Below, piece by piece: positions 12,110 to 24,948 of a DNA stretch of 64,000 nucleotides. Source of the DNA: Macrostomum hystrix (lineage: Eukaryota; Animalia; Platyhelminthes). Each line of letters starts with the position of its first letter. The stretch's first letter is position 1. Under the pieces are notes generated by a model that had not been told where the DNA came from, did no database searches, and saw nothing but the letters and a program-made list of their open reading frames with translations. A program made the translations under genes and the position numbers. The DNA is taken from the NCBI GenBank assembly GCA_950097015.1, contig CATNEN010000038.1, positions 12,896,001 to 12,960,000 on the forward strand, in the 5' to 3' direction.

Positions 12110-13629
12110 TCAAAGTTTAGAATTAGCGACCGTGGTGACAGCTGTTCCCGGCGGTGTGTCCGCGAAGCCGCCTGGCTGGCGCGTTCTGCTCTGCGTCTGA
12201 TGCTGGCCCAGCGATGAGGCAGCCGCGGAGGTGCCCGTCCACCGTTGGCAGCACCGGCAGAAGCAGCAGCAGCGGTGCGCCAGTCGGATCGCCTCTCGGC
12301 GAAACTGCGGATTGCTGGCGCAGTAAAGCAGAAAGTTGCAACAGTGGTTGGTGAACTGCAGCACCAACAGGGTGGACCACAGGATCCGGTAGGAGTAGAA
12401 CAGGCTGGGATTAGAGCTCGAGCTCAGCCAGTCCGGATAGGCGCCGCCAATCACGGTGAGGTAGAGCTTCACAGGCGAGGTGAGCAGCACGAAGGCGAAG
12501 CTGGTGAGCAATAGCATTACGGTAGTGCGGTAGCTCGCCAGCTTGGATTGGCTGCTGCCTAAGACTGAGGCTTGCCGCACCGCACGCAGTTTGGCTATGA
12601 TTGCCATGTTGCAGATGAGGATCACTGCAAACGGCAGAAAGGCCGTTAGCGCAAGATCGATCCGCGGAAATACGACCTCGACGAAGTACTGATACTGTTG
12701 CAGATTCTCACAGGACACTCCTAGCAGACTGGAGTTGCGGTTTAGTTGGCGGGTGACCGGGAAGTGGAGATTACAGGCCAACAGAGCCACGAACACTGTG
12801 GACAGAACTGTCGCCAGGCCGCGCTTGGAGATTAGGAAGGCTCGACAACGACTGCCCTGGCTGACGCAGATTGTTACGAAACGCTCGAGTGCGATGATCA
12901 TAATGATCCATGAGGAGTACATCAGGCTTAAGTATAGCAGCAGTTCGAATCCTAAAAGTGCAGTGTTGCAACGGTGTATCTGTGAAATGTGTACCAGTAT
13001 TTGATGGGGTAGAAGTTTGGGTGGGTGTGGCAGTTGGCAGTCTATGGACTAAACAGCTTCATACACAACCTTATGTGCACTGCACAATAGCTGACTATGC
13101 TGCTGGCTGTGTACCTACCATGGCCCAACTAGGTAATTTTTAGTTTTCTCCCCTCTGTGCCCCTAAGTTTGGTCCGTCCCCTGATTATTAGTGGTTTTGA
13201 CAGTTCTGTATACCCGTACTCGTCCGTCCAGAAGGTCATTTGAGAATTTGGCTCAAAGAGTTCAAAGCTTTATCCTTGTCACCTGGACAGCAGGCGTCGC
13301 ACAGTGTCTGTGGATCTAGACTGTTTCCAAAGTTCTCAGTGAAGTAGGACGCCTTGCGCAGGTAGTGGCGCAGCAGACCGGTGAGCAGCACCACGCAGTC
13401 CACCAGGGAGAGCACGGTCAGCGGCAGGTGCACTACCAGGCTGCGGAGGCGGGGCTGCAGAAGCACCAGGAAGGCGCAGATGTTGCAGGCCACGCCGCAG
13501 GGTATCATGATGGGCGGCAGGATGTTCCAGATGGCCTCGTAGTAGATCTTCTTCCACAGCCAGTCGGGCTGCCGTCCAGTCAAGTTGGCCTGTTGGTCGA
13601 AGTCATGGTATTCCCAGTCGGGCTCGGGA
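12110..13629 (-). CDS. Class A (rhodopsin-like) GPCR, peptide-receptor type (FMRFamide/TRH-receptor-like); an upstream exon was not located
   Basis: Exon 13283-13629 (TM1 GVACNICAFLVL, TM2 LSLVD) and exon 12110-12926 (YSSWIIMIIALERF, FLPF, FVLLTSP, NHCCNFLLY, NPQFR), with GT-AG at both junctions. Confidence 0.88.
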
Positions 13630-14349
13630 CTGTCGAATAGACAGAAAGAATCTTTCTTCGCAGTAATTTTAAAACAGATAGCTATAGCTTCCTGTAGGAT
13701 TGTGAATGCAACTTATAGGGGTTTTGCAGTTTTTGAAAATAAAATTCATGGGAGCTGAGATGGGTGGCAGAACGTGGTTAACGCGTCTGCCTCTCGCAAA
13801 AAGGTCGCTGAGCTTGGGGCAACATACTGCACGTTCGGGGTTGTGCAGTATGGTGATTGTGCAACTTCCCTATTGTGAAGCAAATTAACCAATCGCTGCA
13901 ATCTATTATGATGTACTTCTTGCTTCTTGACTGTTGTCGCAGGTACATTATTTCTGGGTCCCATGAATTCCGCTCCGTTAGTTGCTCTATTGCAGTAGAA
14001 TTTTTCGGCTTATTTGCATAATCATAAGCAAAAAACTGACGCAGTTATAATTATAAATTTACCCATCAAAATAAACAGTTCAGCTGCTTTAGTGGAAAAA
14101 AATCTATTGCATACGGGTCGGTCGGCCTTGTTGTTGACATTTCAGAAATCGAGAGACCGTTGTAATTGGCGAAATGACAGCCTCGTCAATTAAATTATCC
14201 ATGCAGTTGCGTTTACCAGATCTGGTGGCGATTCACCCTATGTGTTTTTTTATATGCATTGGTCTTTAGCTGCTGCACTTGCTATGCCTATGACAACAGA
14301 CACGCTGATCGACCTGGGAGAGACAATAGACGCGCTGAAGGGCTATAGA

Positions 14350-14775
14350 CTGACACCAGAGACACTGAAGGACCAGGGAGTGACACCAGACACACTGAAA
14401 GACCAGGGAGTGACACCAGACACACTGAAGGACCAGGGAGTGACACCATACATACTGAAGGACCAGGGAGTGACACCAGACACACTGAAGGATCAGGGAG
14501 TGACACCAGACACACTGAAAGACCAGGGAGTGACACCAGACACACTGAAAGACCAGGGAGTGACACCATACATACTGAAGGACCAGGGAGTGACACCATA
14601 CACACTGAAGGACCAGGGAGTGACACCAGATAAGCTGATAGACACCAGACAAGCTGAAGGACAGGTCGTGACACCAGATAAGCTGAAAGACACCAGACAC
14701 ACTGAAGGACAGGTCGTGACACCAGACACGCTGAAGGACAGGTCGTGACACCAGATAAGCTGAAAGACACCAGAC
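14350..14775. repeat. 30-bp tandem repeat
   Basis: Unit gaccagggagtgacaccagacacactgaag, about 10 regular copies followed by degenerate ones. Confidence 0.95.
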
Positions 14776-17700
14776 ATTTATTGGGGAGCAAGATTAGATT
14801 TTTCTTGGAAACAAGTCAAACTTGATTCGATCTAACACTAGTATAGGAATCAGTGAAATCATACCTTCTGCGACTCTTCCTGAATTCCTACATAGTCGAA
14901 TTCAGACATGCAAATTCGGTGTTAATTGTGAAAGTCGGTCAACCTAAGTTCAAGAAGCACTATTTATTTAGTTTGAAATCGAAGAACATTTTGGATGAAA
15001 TTAGCATTTCTTTGCCTAGTGGTACGAGATATACTTGCATCGTGAGTGAAAATTTTGCAGGGGTGAGTAATTTAGTTGGAAATGTTAAGAATTAAAGCAT
15101 TTATTTTTGCTGTTAAAAATCTTGCCTAGAGACTTGGTTCAAAGCATCGATACAGTTCAATGTCGAAATTTATTGTGAAACTTGTACGAAATAATAATTT
15201 GCGTCTTTGAAACTCAAAGACTTCAATGCAGACTGCGCTTCGATCAGCTCCATCTAACTGTTACATCAATATAAGACCATTCAGACACTGCAGTTCAACC
15301 TATATCTATGCAAACAGAATGCCTCTGTATCTTCGCAGTTGCTATGGAAACCAGACCGATGTGCCGCCATAAAAGAGTTTCTTATCTGTCAAAATACACG
15401 AAGAACAAACTCAGAGAAAGTTCGGGTGGAGGCAGATGACAGGAAGTCGTACAGGAACAATGTATGGCATTCCCTGCAGCAAACATAAAAGCGGTCTATT
15501 CGACGCCACGATCAAAGACTGCGAAATTCCACTAGCAAATATTGTTTCCGATCCCACAAAACTGAGGCCTGAGCAACAGTCTGCGTGGCAACTGCAGTGA
15601 GCTAATAAGCGATTTTAGTCATTAGCAAGCTGAGTGACCCCCTGAGATTCAGCAATCCTTTAATTATTGGCTAAAACTACCCCTATAGCTATACTCATGG
15701 CCTCCGTAGAGCATTCTGAGAAAATCGCCACATGGCTAATGAGCTGGGAATAGTCGTACAGGGATTCAACTTATTATACTTTTATTTGCCTCTGAAGTAT
15801 CATGCAGCTAGCTCTAATGGCAGAAATTTAGCAGCTCGAAATCATATCTTATCGCTAAGGAGCCTCTGACTAGCAGTGCATTCTGCAGATTTTAATTGTT
15901 CCTTGTGAATTTATCAAAAAGATTAATCGCTACATCTTTCTAGTTCATTATTTATACTACTTATTGTTTTCTTGGGGAGACAATTATCTCAATTCCAGGG
16001 ATCTAAGTTTATCTGAAACACATAAAAAGCACGGACGAACTGTACTGTTATAACTTTCAGCAACTAACTCCACAACTCATGACAAATTTTTCTTGTTGCA
16101 ATTCGACATTCTAATTGTGCTTGGTGTTATCGGCTGCGAAAAAAATTGTTATGAGGGCATTTCTGTCTGCTTTTGACAGCTTTAGCACTATAATACTATA
16201 TTATTATAATATTATATAGTGACGTAAGACGAAAGTAATATCATAAGCAACTACATAATAACAAAATTGACGATACTTAAAAAGATCGTAATTAGCCTTC
16301 AGCACACTGGAAAGAAACAATGAGACACAGATTGACTTAAAAGTAATTTAATTAAATGGGAATAGAACACCTGCTCAAACAAGCTGTTGAAAATTATCTA
16401 GGCATGTACTTACTAAGACACCTCGCTTTTGTTCATTGCCAGCAATTAAAAATATCTTTCTTTCAAAAATGAGTGTGCCTCAATTTTAGAGTCGTTCGGC
16501 AGTCAACGCTGCGGGTTGATTGCGTTTTGATTTGACAAGCCTGTTCAAACTCGGGTTGTAAAGCGTATCGGTTGTTTGTTGGCAGGTATTATACTGTGTG
16601 GCATTCGATCTATCTGCCCTGTCACTTGCCAGCCAATGGCAGACCGCGTGCCCCAGCCACCCCAAGATAAGGCAGCTAACAGGCGATGTCTGCTCTGCGC
16701 CTTCGATAGCTAGTCTTGAAAACTGCTGCAATATCAAGCCGAGCTCAATTTAGCGAATTCAGCTGTTTAAACATTTCTAACTTGTTACTTATAGTAGATA
16801 GAAATGAAGAAAATATTTTGTAACTCTTAAAGCTCAGAATATTTTCAAGAATTTTATCGAGGTCAGAAATGAACTAGATTACAACTTCAATATCATAACA
16901 AAAAAGAAGGTAAAATACGAATATAGTGTCTTTTTAAAGCATCAAAAATCTGATTTTCAGCTGTATTTATACTGTATTTATTCCATTTAAAAGCTTTGCA
17001 CAATCTGCAAATATTTTTGACCCACTGTTTAAAACCCTTGCACGTGCATTGATTGGATTGTACTCTTAGGTCTAATAACGAACGCTTACTAGCACGATTG
17101 TAACAATATTATCAAGTATGTTTAAAGCTAGCTTGAACCGAATGCACTTGTGCAGAAGCAAGTCCTGTTTGCTCCAGTTTTCTATTTTTAGCCAAAAGCG
17201 TGCGCGCCCGATTCAAGCGATGTGCTGCCCTTCCTTTCCTTGGTTTGGTCCAGCATGTACTTTGGACGACATTCCACTGACCTCAAGCGAACCCACGAGT
17301 GTAGATTTTTTACTTTAAACGGTTAGGAGGCCGATTCCATTGGGTACATGGCAAGGGGCAGCCACTGTACATATTGACGGGGAGAAAAATAAACGGGTCG
17401 ACAAATAGTCAATAGAGATAACACGGAGGGGTGAGACCCAAGAGATAAGACGGAGATAAAGAGATGAGATAAGGGATATGAGAAAAGATAGAGATAAGTC
17501 AGGTAAGAGAGAAGACACAGAGGTGAGGGAGCGATGAGACATATGAGAGTATAGGTATTGCATGGGGTTTATTTGCTGTGGTATAAAGGATCGTCAATAA
17601 TAAGTGGCTATAGCCAAACAGACAGTATTATTGATAATACGAAGTATTTACAAGCAGCATTATTAGCATAAGTTACGAGCGTAGCATTGTAGGAAGTCCT

Positions 17701-17864
17701 CTGACCCGGAGGAATCAAGCCGAAAAAAATTATTAAAGGTTTAGTTATACTCGGAAATTTTGAGATATTCAGTCCGTAATATTCAGTCCGTAATATTCAG
17801 TCCGAGAATTCGAGTCAGAAACAACGCTCGTAGTCTGATTGAAATGAGCATGGACATCTTTGAG

Positions 17865-19390
17865 TCATGCCAGGCCGCGTTCGATGACTGGCAGCACTCC
17901 GTTCAGCAGCTTCTGCCAGACGGCGCGTTGCTGGTCGAAATGCTCGCCCAGCCGATGCTGCAGAACCAGCATCAGCACCTGGTTCATGTCCTGTTCGGAT
18001 GGAACATCACATCACAGAGACTCAGCAATACATTTTTATTGTCAGCTTATCCCTGATAGAACTATCAAGGCGAGGGAAATTTCCTTCTCGACTATTTCTT
18101 TGCTGCACCCGAACGGAGCAACGCAAGCACACGAAACTCATGACCACGGGCCAACTGTTTTGTGCCTTGCTTATAAAGGTTGAAACAATAATCAAATAGC
18201 CAGCTCTTCAGACTGTCGAGATATTCAACGGTTCTGGCTGCTGGTCAGATTTTTCCCATGAGCGCTAGTAAATTTCGTACACCCCCTTATGAGCGTAAAT
18301 ACATTGTTACCACTGCGCCTCAGTGCGGCCTTGCCAGGCTTTCATATTTTATCAGCATGTCACCCGAATGTGCCTGCATCATCTCCGTCTCCGTCAACTA
18401 AGTACATGAGAATTAATTACTAATTACATGAGAATTAGTTACTAATTATATAATGCAATTAATGACTAGTTAAATGATTATTAATGACTAATTACGAGAG
18501 AATTAGTTACTAATTACATAAGAACTAATTACTGATTACATGAGACTTTTGTTACTAAATACATGAGAATTAATTAGTAAATACATGAGAATTAATAAAT
18601 TACATGAGAATTAATTATTAATTTCATGAGAATTAATAAATTACATGAGAACTAATTACTAATTACATGAGAATTAATTACTAATTACATGAGAACTAAT
18701 TACTAATTACATGAGAACTAATTACTAATTACATGAGAACTAATTACTAATTACATGAGAATTAATTACTAATTACATGAGAATTAATTACTAATTACAT
18801 GAGAATTAAATACTAAATATATGAGAATCATTTAAACGTAAATTGCTTCTTTTGCGACTAAGATTTGAACTCCTAAAACCTCTTGGTCAGAGATCTGATG
18901 CTCTAACCCCCCTCCCTCTTCAGTAAAAAACATACCCTTCCCAACCCCGAAAATTTAACGCACCTCGAAATGCTGCACTCGGAGTTGGCGGCCCTGGTGT
19001 GTTGAACCGATCATCTCAAAGGCGCTGGCACAGACGTCAATGTCGTCCAGGTTCTGAATGGCCGCCTCCAGCGTGTTCACCATACGCATGCCGTGCGCCT
19101 TCAGTCGCGGATGCCCGCTCAGCTCCTGAGTGGACCGACCAGCGAAGTCACGGAACAGCAGCTGGTGCTCCGGGTGCAGATCAAACAGCCTGCCTTGGTG
19201 ATTGAGACCGAAGAGATTTCGAGGACAACTCGGTCACTGTGGACTCAGAGTAAAACTAAAACTACTACAAACAACTATAATCAACGCCCTCTCACGTGAG
19301 GAAAATGTCCACACCGAGCTGCTTCTTGTCCTTTGTGGCTTCAGCCCAGCCGCTCAGAATGACGCTGCGCTCCTCGGTCGTAAGCAGCAT
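17865..19390 (-). CDS. Globin, 148 aa, 3 coding exons (19296-19390, 18964-19189, 17865-17990)
   Basis: Manual translation: MLLTTEERSVILSGWAEATKDKKQLGVDIFLT|LFDLHPEHQLLFRDFAGRSTQELSGHPRLKAHGMRMVNTLEAAIQNLDDIDVCASAFEMIGSTHQGRQLRVQHFE|DMNQVLMLVLQHRLGEHFDQQRAVWQKLLNGVLPVIERGLA*. Has Trp A12, Pro C2, Phe CD1, His E7 and His F8; introns are phase 2 and phase 0 at the canonical B12.2/G7.0 positions. Confidence 0.93.
18403..18828. repeat. AT-rich ~22-bp tandem repeat in globin intron 2
   Basis: Unit aattactaattacatgagaa(c/t)t. Confidence 0.9.
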
Positions 19391-20003
19391 ACTCTTTCCT
19401 GTGGTTCTCCTTCGGTTGCTTCAACCCAATGTTGCTGGTTATGACCAACCAAGGTGGGCATAACAGGAGTTATTATAAGCGTTGCATTCTGATCTCTGCT
19501 CATTGGCTGCAACGCTGTCTTCAATCACGTGATTAGCATTGCTATTTGACGTAAAGAGTATACTACTGACTGCTCGGCCAAGTAGAGTCGGACGGACATC
19601 CATAAAAATACAAAAAGCAACATCGTGTTATAATCTTAAATGCATAAAAAAGACTTTTCTTTTCAGTTCAAAAATTTGTAGTTGTTTGTACTCGTATAAA
19701 GTCATTTGTACGAGTATTAAAGTAACAATTAGCTTGACACAAAAGAGTAGACATTTTATAACTTACTAGCTTTTTTTTGCCCGTTGTTTTTGGGGCAGAA
19801 ATTTAAAGCAAAGCAGTAAGCAATTCACGTCTCTGTATTAACTTTATAGTGAAGGTCACCATTTAAATATTTACTGCATTAATGAAAAGTGAAGAGTTTG
19901 TTCAATGGCGTTTTAAGTAAAAAATAAGTGAAAAGTTTGTCCAAACAGCCCCCTCTTGATTACTTCTTTAGAATCATGTCTCTTAGCCACTCCTCTATAC
20001 AGT

Positions 20004-20273
20004 CAGTGGCAGATCCAGGAATTTTGTTTTGGGGCGGTCTGTCAGGGAAGCGCCATGAGAATCACAGAGGGGGTGCCAGCAGCCGAAAAAGGGCGCCAGG
20101 AGCCAAGAACGCCAGCGGCTGAAAAACGGGGGCCAGCGGCTGAAAAAGGGGCGCCAGCGGCCGAAAAGGGGCGCCAGTGCTGCGACTGGCGCCCCTGGTG
20201 GGGGCATCTTATTCCCATGATTAAAATTTAGGGGGGCGACTGCCCCCCCGCCCCCCCCCTAAATCTGCCTCTG
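20004..20273. mobile_element. hAT-type MITE nested in the Helitron
   Basis: TIRs cagtggcagat / atctgcctctg and an exact 8-bp TSD tatacagt (19996-20003 and 20274-20281); internal ~21-bp repeats. Confidence 0.85.
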
Positions 20274-20425
20274 TATACAGTATGCATGTACACGCGTATA
20301 CATAAGGAAAATAGCCATGGCATAACAATAACAATGTCAAAGAAACAAAATTAAACTGTTTCAGAGTTCAGAGTTAGACAGGTCAAGGTCAATTCGTGAC
20401 TACTTTTCTATTAATTGCTTGCGAG

Positions 20426-21034
20426 TCACCTCAAGGCCTGGGGATACACCACATTCTTCGTTCATCCCCTTGGTGCGAAAATGAATAGGCCAGCTGGAGT
20501 TCCAACACGGGAGCAGGCGACATAAAGCTGCCCATGCGAGAAGCAAGGAGTCTCCAGGTTGATGCCAGCCACCTTCAGCGACTGTCCCTGAGCCTTGTTA
20601 ATAGTCATCGCAAAGCACACTCTCACAGGGAACTGCAGTCGCTTGAACTGAAATGGCAGGTCCGTGGGGATAATTGGAATCCGGGGAACGAACACAGACT
20701 CTCCTCTGCCAGATCCAGTCATTATCGTGGCCTCAATCACGTGTGGGAAGAGCCGCCTGACTATCAGTCTGGTGCCGTTACACAGCCTTGGCGCATTCAG
20801 GTTGCGGAGGAGCATAATTGGTGCCCCAACTTTCAGCTGCAAGTTGTGCGATGGAGTTCCAGGAGGATCTAGAGAGTTCAGAAACTCAACAGGATACTCC
20901 ACAGCGGTGTCATCAGTCAACGTTGTATCAATTGACTTGTAGGTGAAAACTGCACCTGGCAACTCGTGAAGCAGTTGGTAGTTAATTTCGTTGGCGGCAT
21001 CATTTCTAGGACACAGAATTGCCCTCTCTGACAG
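20426..21034 (-). pseudogene. Helitron RepHel Pif1-like helicase C-terminal fragment
   Basis: LSERAILCPRN...LKVGAPIMLLRNL...LCNGTRL...KRLQFPVRVCFAMTINKAQGQS...FSHGQLYVACSRV. An in-frame TGA at 20462-20464 precedes the expected terminal TKNVVYPQALR*. Confidence 0.92.
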
Positions 21035-23277
21035 CCCGGGCTTCGGCGCCCGGGGAAGGGAGGGGGTGGCTGTAATAAAATTTGGCCCGCAGAGTGGCGG
21101 AGGGGAGTTGGGGCATAGATAAAGTATACATAGATTCCACCCCTACCCCCGCGGAGTGTCTAAATTGTGACCATCACTTTATTCACTGCGCTCCTATTGG
21201 CTGGGCCACGCTATGCACATTGAGTCCACGTGTATACTTTATCTATGTTCGGCGCCCGGGGAAGGGAGGGGGTGGCTGTAATAAAATTTGGCCCGCAGAG
21301 TGGCGGAGGGGAGTTGGGGTGGCTGTCCTCGGAAAACAAAAAGTGACTCACTTTGAGATGATGCAGCTTTGCTCTGGATTGAGTTGAGATGTTCAAAATT
21401 GACAGCATTGTTGGAAAACATTTAAAGTGTAAGTGGATCAAATTTGGAGAAAATCTGACAAAGTGGGGCGACGATATGTCGACTTTATCTATGGTTGAAA
21501 GGAAGGCTTTCGCGCCAGCCAATGAGAGCACGGTGAGTTTTATGGTGGTCAAAGTTTGGACACGAGCGTGTGTACATTCTGGGCAGGGGTGGAATCTATG
21601 TATACTTTATCTATGAGTTGGGGTGGCTGTCCTCGGAAAACAAAAAGTGACTCACTTTGAGATGATTCGGCTTTGCTCTGGATTGAGTAGAGATGTTCAA
21701 AATTGACAGCATTGTTGGAAAACATGTAAAGTGTAAGTGGATCAAATTTGGAGAAAATCTGACAAAGTGGGGCGACGATATGTCGAATTGAGTGATTTTT
21801 TGACGATTTTTGAGCAGTTTTTTGCACTTTTGAGCAGGAAGGAAATTATTTTTCGGGAATTTGAGTAGCCTATTGCACTCAGCGTAGGTGGTTTTAGGTA
21901 TGTGCAAAGTTTCGTGCGATTTGGTTGAGCGGTTTCGGCGTCTATAAAGACAAAAGGTTGCACACACACACACACACACACACAGACAGACAGACAGAGT
22001 TTTCACTTTTATATATATAGATTGTTGTCGACCAGATTAGGAAACAAATTTGCTGTGGCACGCCATTAAAATTCATATGAAACAATTTGAAGGTAGTGGC
22101 GGCTTATGGGGGCTGCAGCCTAGAGTTTAGAGTGTCGGAACCACAGCTAAAAATCGGGGGTTCGGTTCCTGACTCCACTGGAACATATAGCCCTATTTTT
22201 GCTAGTGTAATAAAGTATTATTATTATTGTTATTATAGCCTATAGCTCAAATTGAAGCTTTTAGCTCTTTTTGAAATATTACGCGCTTTCGACAAGCAAT
22301 TGTTTTTTATTTATTACAGGTTTGTAGACTTTGTGAATTAGAATATCGGGAGTGTGGTGTGAGGAATAAGTGGACCTACTGTCCATGAAAAACTAATCTG
22401 GTCAAAATATCCAAGAATTTTTATGTAACAGCGGATAGTTTGAGTGGTCTAACTGAGTATTTGGAATTGGAAAAAAATAAACTTTCTACTAGCGAGGAAG
22501 CTTTGCATATTTTCCAGCACCACTTCTGCGCGTGCAGCACCAGACAAGGTACTAAGATCAAGCTTGGATGCTACGAGTGAATTCTGCTGCTTGATGGGCG
22601 GGATTCGCCCATAGGCCGCTATTCTACCTTTGTCAAAGCTGCATTACGACACTTTTGCAGCAACCTGGGTCGGACACAGACCCATCATTTCAGTAGTAGC
22701 AGCGGTTGGAGATGAACATTGATGATGAATTGAGGAAGCTGGAAGTGGTCGCTCGCACCAACTCAAAGATAAAAAAATCAACAACAAAATTTGAAACAAA
22801 GACTCAGAAAGATATGAATTGGATACTAGATTGGATTGGAAACTAGTCTCCGCTTCGGCGCTGCTCCGACAGATCATATCTGGCAGCACTCCTTCTGCCA
22901 GACGGCGGAGTCTCCGAAGAGAGCACAGCTTACTGACTCTGACTACAGGCGCCTATCTAGACCACTCTTTACCAGAGGCGCACTCCCAAGACGCGGAACG
23001 CTGATACCTAACTGACGAGCAGATTGTGGTCGGGAACGTTGCTGGGTAATCTCACGCTTAGAGCGCGGCTCTCTTGCTTATCACTGAGGTGGGGGCGAAT
23101 CGGACGGTCTAGGCTCCGAGTACAGGAGTTTTTACAGACAGGCCGAAAACGCGGTTTTATTTTGTAGAACGATGAGAACCCCTAATTATGGTGATTGGCG
23201 TGGCGGCTGTCAGGCTGGCAGCTGGAGCCTGGGTGGAATTCACAGCAGAATTCACCGGGGTAGAAATCAGCAAGGCT

Positions 23278-23357
23278 GGGTCCCAATTTGATTGGCCGGT
23301 CCCAATTTGATTGGCCGGTCCCAATTTGATTGGCCGGTCCCAAGTTGATTGGCCGGG
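23278..23357. repeat. 19-bp tandem repeat (~4 copies)
   Basis: Unit ggtcccaatttgattggcc. Confidence 0.9.
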
Positions 23358-24093
23358 TCGTATTTCTATTGGCCAGGGCTTCAGCCAAGGGTAGAGTTGG
23401 CGGGGTGGTATGCGTCTGCCCACCTCGCTGCCCCGGACCGGCTAGGCGTAAATTTCTGACCTCTAGATTAGCTGAACTGTTCTAAAAATAGATACTGACA
23501 AAACAAAACACACATCGCTATATTTTAACAATAAATTTGGACTAAGCACTTTTCCAGACGGTACAAAAAACTAAAATAAAAATTCTAAAAGATGCTCACT
23601 CTACATCAACATGCATACCTACATTTTGCCTGATTTATTGATTGAGTAAAGTTTCAACAAACAGCATAATTAACAAGAATAGATAAAGGTGCGAGGATCG
23701 AGCAGAAAATATTCATGTACTTATGTATATGAGTATATATCATAAACGATTCCTTAGTCAATACAGTAACAAAATATCCATCAACTGTGTTGTTATTTGT
23801 ATCAGTAAATTACTGATTTTGAGAACAACTGGTAGATTTCTGATTATGGTTTTTAGTCATATTAAATAATAAATAATAATCATAAAAAATAATACGGATG
23901 GAAAAGGGTGGCCAGGGTAGAGAATATTAATGAGATTTGCGAGAAAATTGTTAGAAAGTTTCATTGAGGATGTTGAAAAAGTTGTACAATGTTCCGCATT
24001 TGCCTATTGTTTACGTAATGTTTCCGTAAACGTTGCGCTTCAAGGCTGGTGACAATAATTTGAGTACAATTAAGTCAGAAAAAGTTTCCTCTA

Positions 24094-24948
24094 TTAATCG
24101 ATTTTTAGTCTCGTATGCCTTTCAGTTTCGCTTGTTTTGAGAATGATTTTACCTGCGGTCTGCAAAAGCCACCACGACAGCTGGACAGGCTTATCCTCTT
24201 GCCGATATTTTTCATGAAAGCAGCTCGTCAAGATGTAGTTAACGATAGGAATAAATTCAACAAGGTCCATTTCCGCTCCATACTTGTCAAGCAACAAGCA
24301 AAGGCTTTGAACGAACCAACTGCCGTTAAAAATGTTACGAACGCTGGCGTCACCTGGTAGAGTCGAGTGAGAAATAATCATGTCCGGGTAGATACCGATC
24401 GACCCCTTAGATCTGTCTGAAGTATTTTTAGCATCTTTATCGTTATCTCTGCACGACTGAAATATTACAAACTTCTTACGGCCTTGCAAACCGTCATGCA
24501 AAGTTTTTAAAATAATGGTCTCAGGTACTACCTGATCGTCGCAGCCAAAGACCTGACCATTGCAACCGTGAGACATTATTGCTACAACACAGGCGTCTCC
24601 GTGATCTTGAGCGTTCGCGAATTGTTTAACCGCTGGTTGAATTTCATTAGCGATGAGATTTGACCTGACTGATACTTTGTACCCAAGCCGTGTCAGACTA
24701 TCTGTGAGCCTCTGACAGTCGCTCTGGCTCCCGCGTCTTATGTCGCTGAGCTTGGTGAATACAATGTTATTGATGATTAAAGCCCGCGCTGCTAAACCTA
24801 CTTCAGCCATAGGAACCGGCTCTTTCTTAGGAAGCCAAGTTTCTCGCATGCTAGCAGTGCTGAAGAAAGGCTTTACACCACAGTTTTGGATTAAGTTTTC
24901 ATTAATTTTATTTTTCCACTCTGGGCTGCTGTCATTGTTTATAAGAAT
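24094..24948 (-). CDS. Caspase (peptidase C14A) domain with intact catalytic dyad; 3' part of a larger locus
   Basis: RALIINN, RRGSQSD, CVVAIMSHG, KKFVIFQSCRD, then small-subunit DMIISHSTLPG..SVRN...GSWFVQSL. Confidence 0.85.
   Translation of the reverse strand: MLINNDSSPEWKNKINENLIQNCGVKPFFSTASMRETWLPKKEPVPMAEVGLAARALIINNIVFTKLSDIRRGSQSDCQRLTDSLTRLGYKVSVRSNLIANEIQPAVKQFANAQDHGDACVVAIMSHGCNGQVFGCDDQVVPETIILKTLHDGLQGRKKFVIFQSCRDNDKDAKNTSDRSKGSIGIYPDMIISHSTLPGDASVRNIFNGSWFVQSLCLLLDKYGAEMDLVEFIPIVNYILTSCFHEKYRQEDKPVQLSWWLLQTAGKIILKTSETERHTRLKID

Larger units (their letters stand above)
19766..22021 (-). mobile_element. Internally deleted Helitron
   Basis: The minus strand begins A|TCTATATATATAAAA followed by (TCTG)n(TG)n, and ends with a tgccc...gggca hairpin plus aaaaaaagCTAG|T at 19766. 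It contains a Pif1-type helicase C-terminal fragment and internal duplications (about 21317-21480 vs 21617-21785). Confidence 0.78.

Noticed and set aside
14242-14791. Repeat-protein ORFs (TPDTLKDQGV)n and antisense equivalents
   Set aside because: Open in several frames on both strands because of a 30-bp minisatellite; no independent sign of coding.
22820-23060. Non-LTR retrotransposon RT C-terminal remnant
   Set aside because: Only vague similarity and no diagnostic motif.
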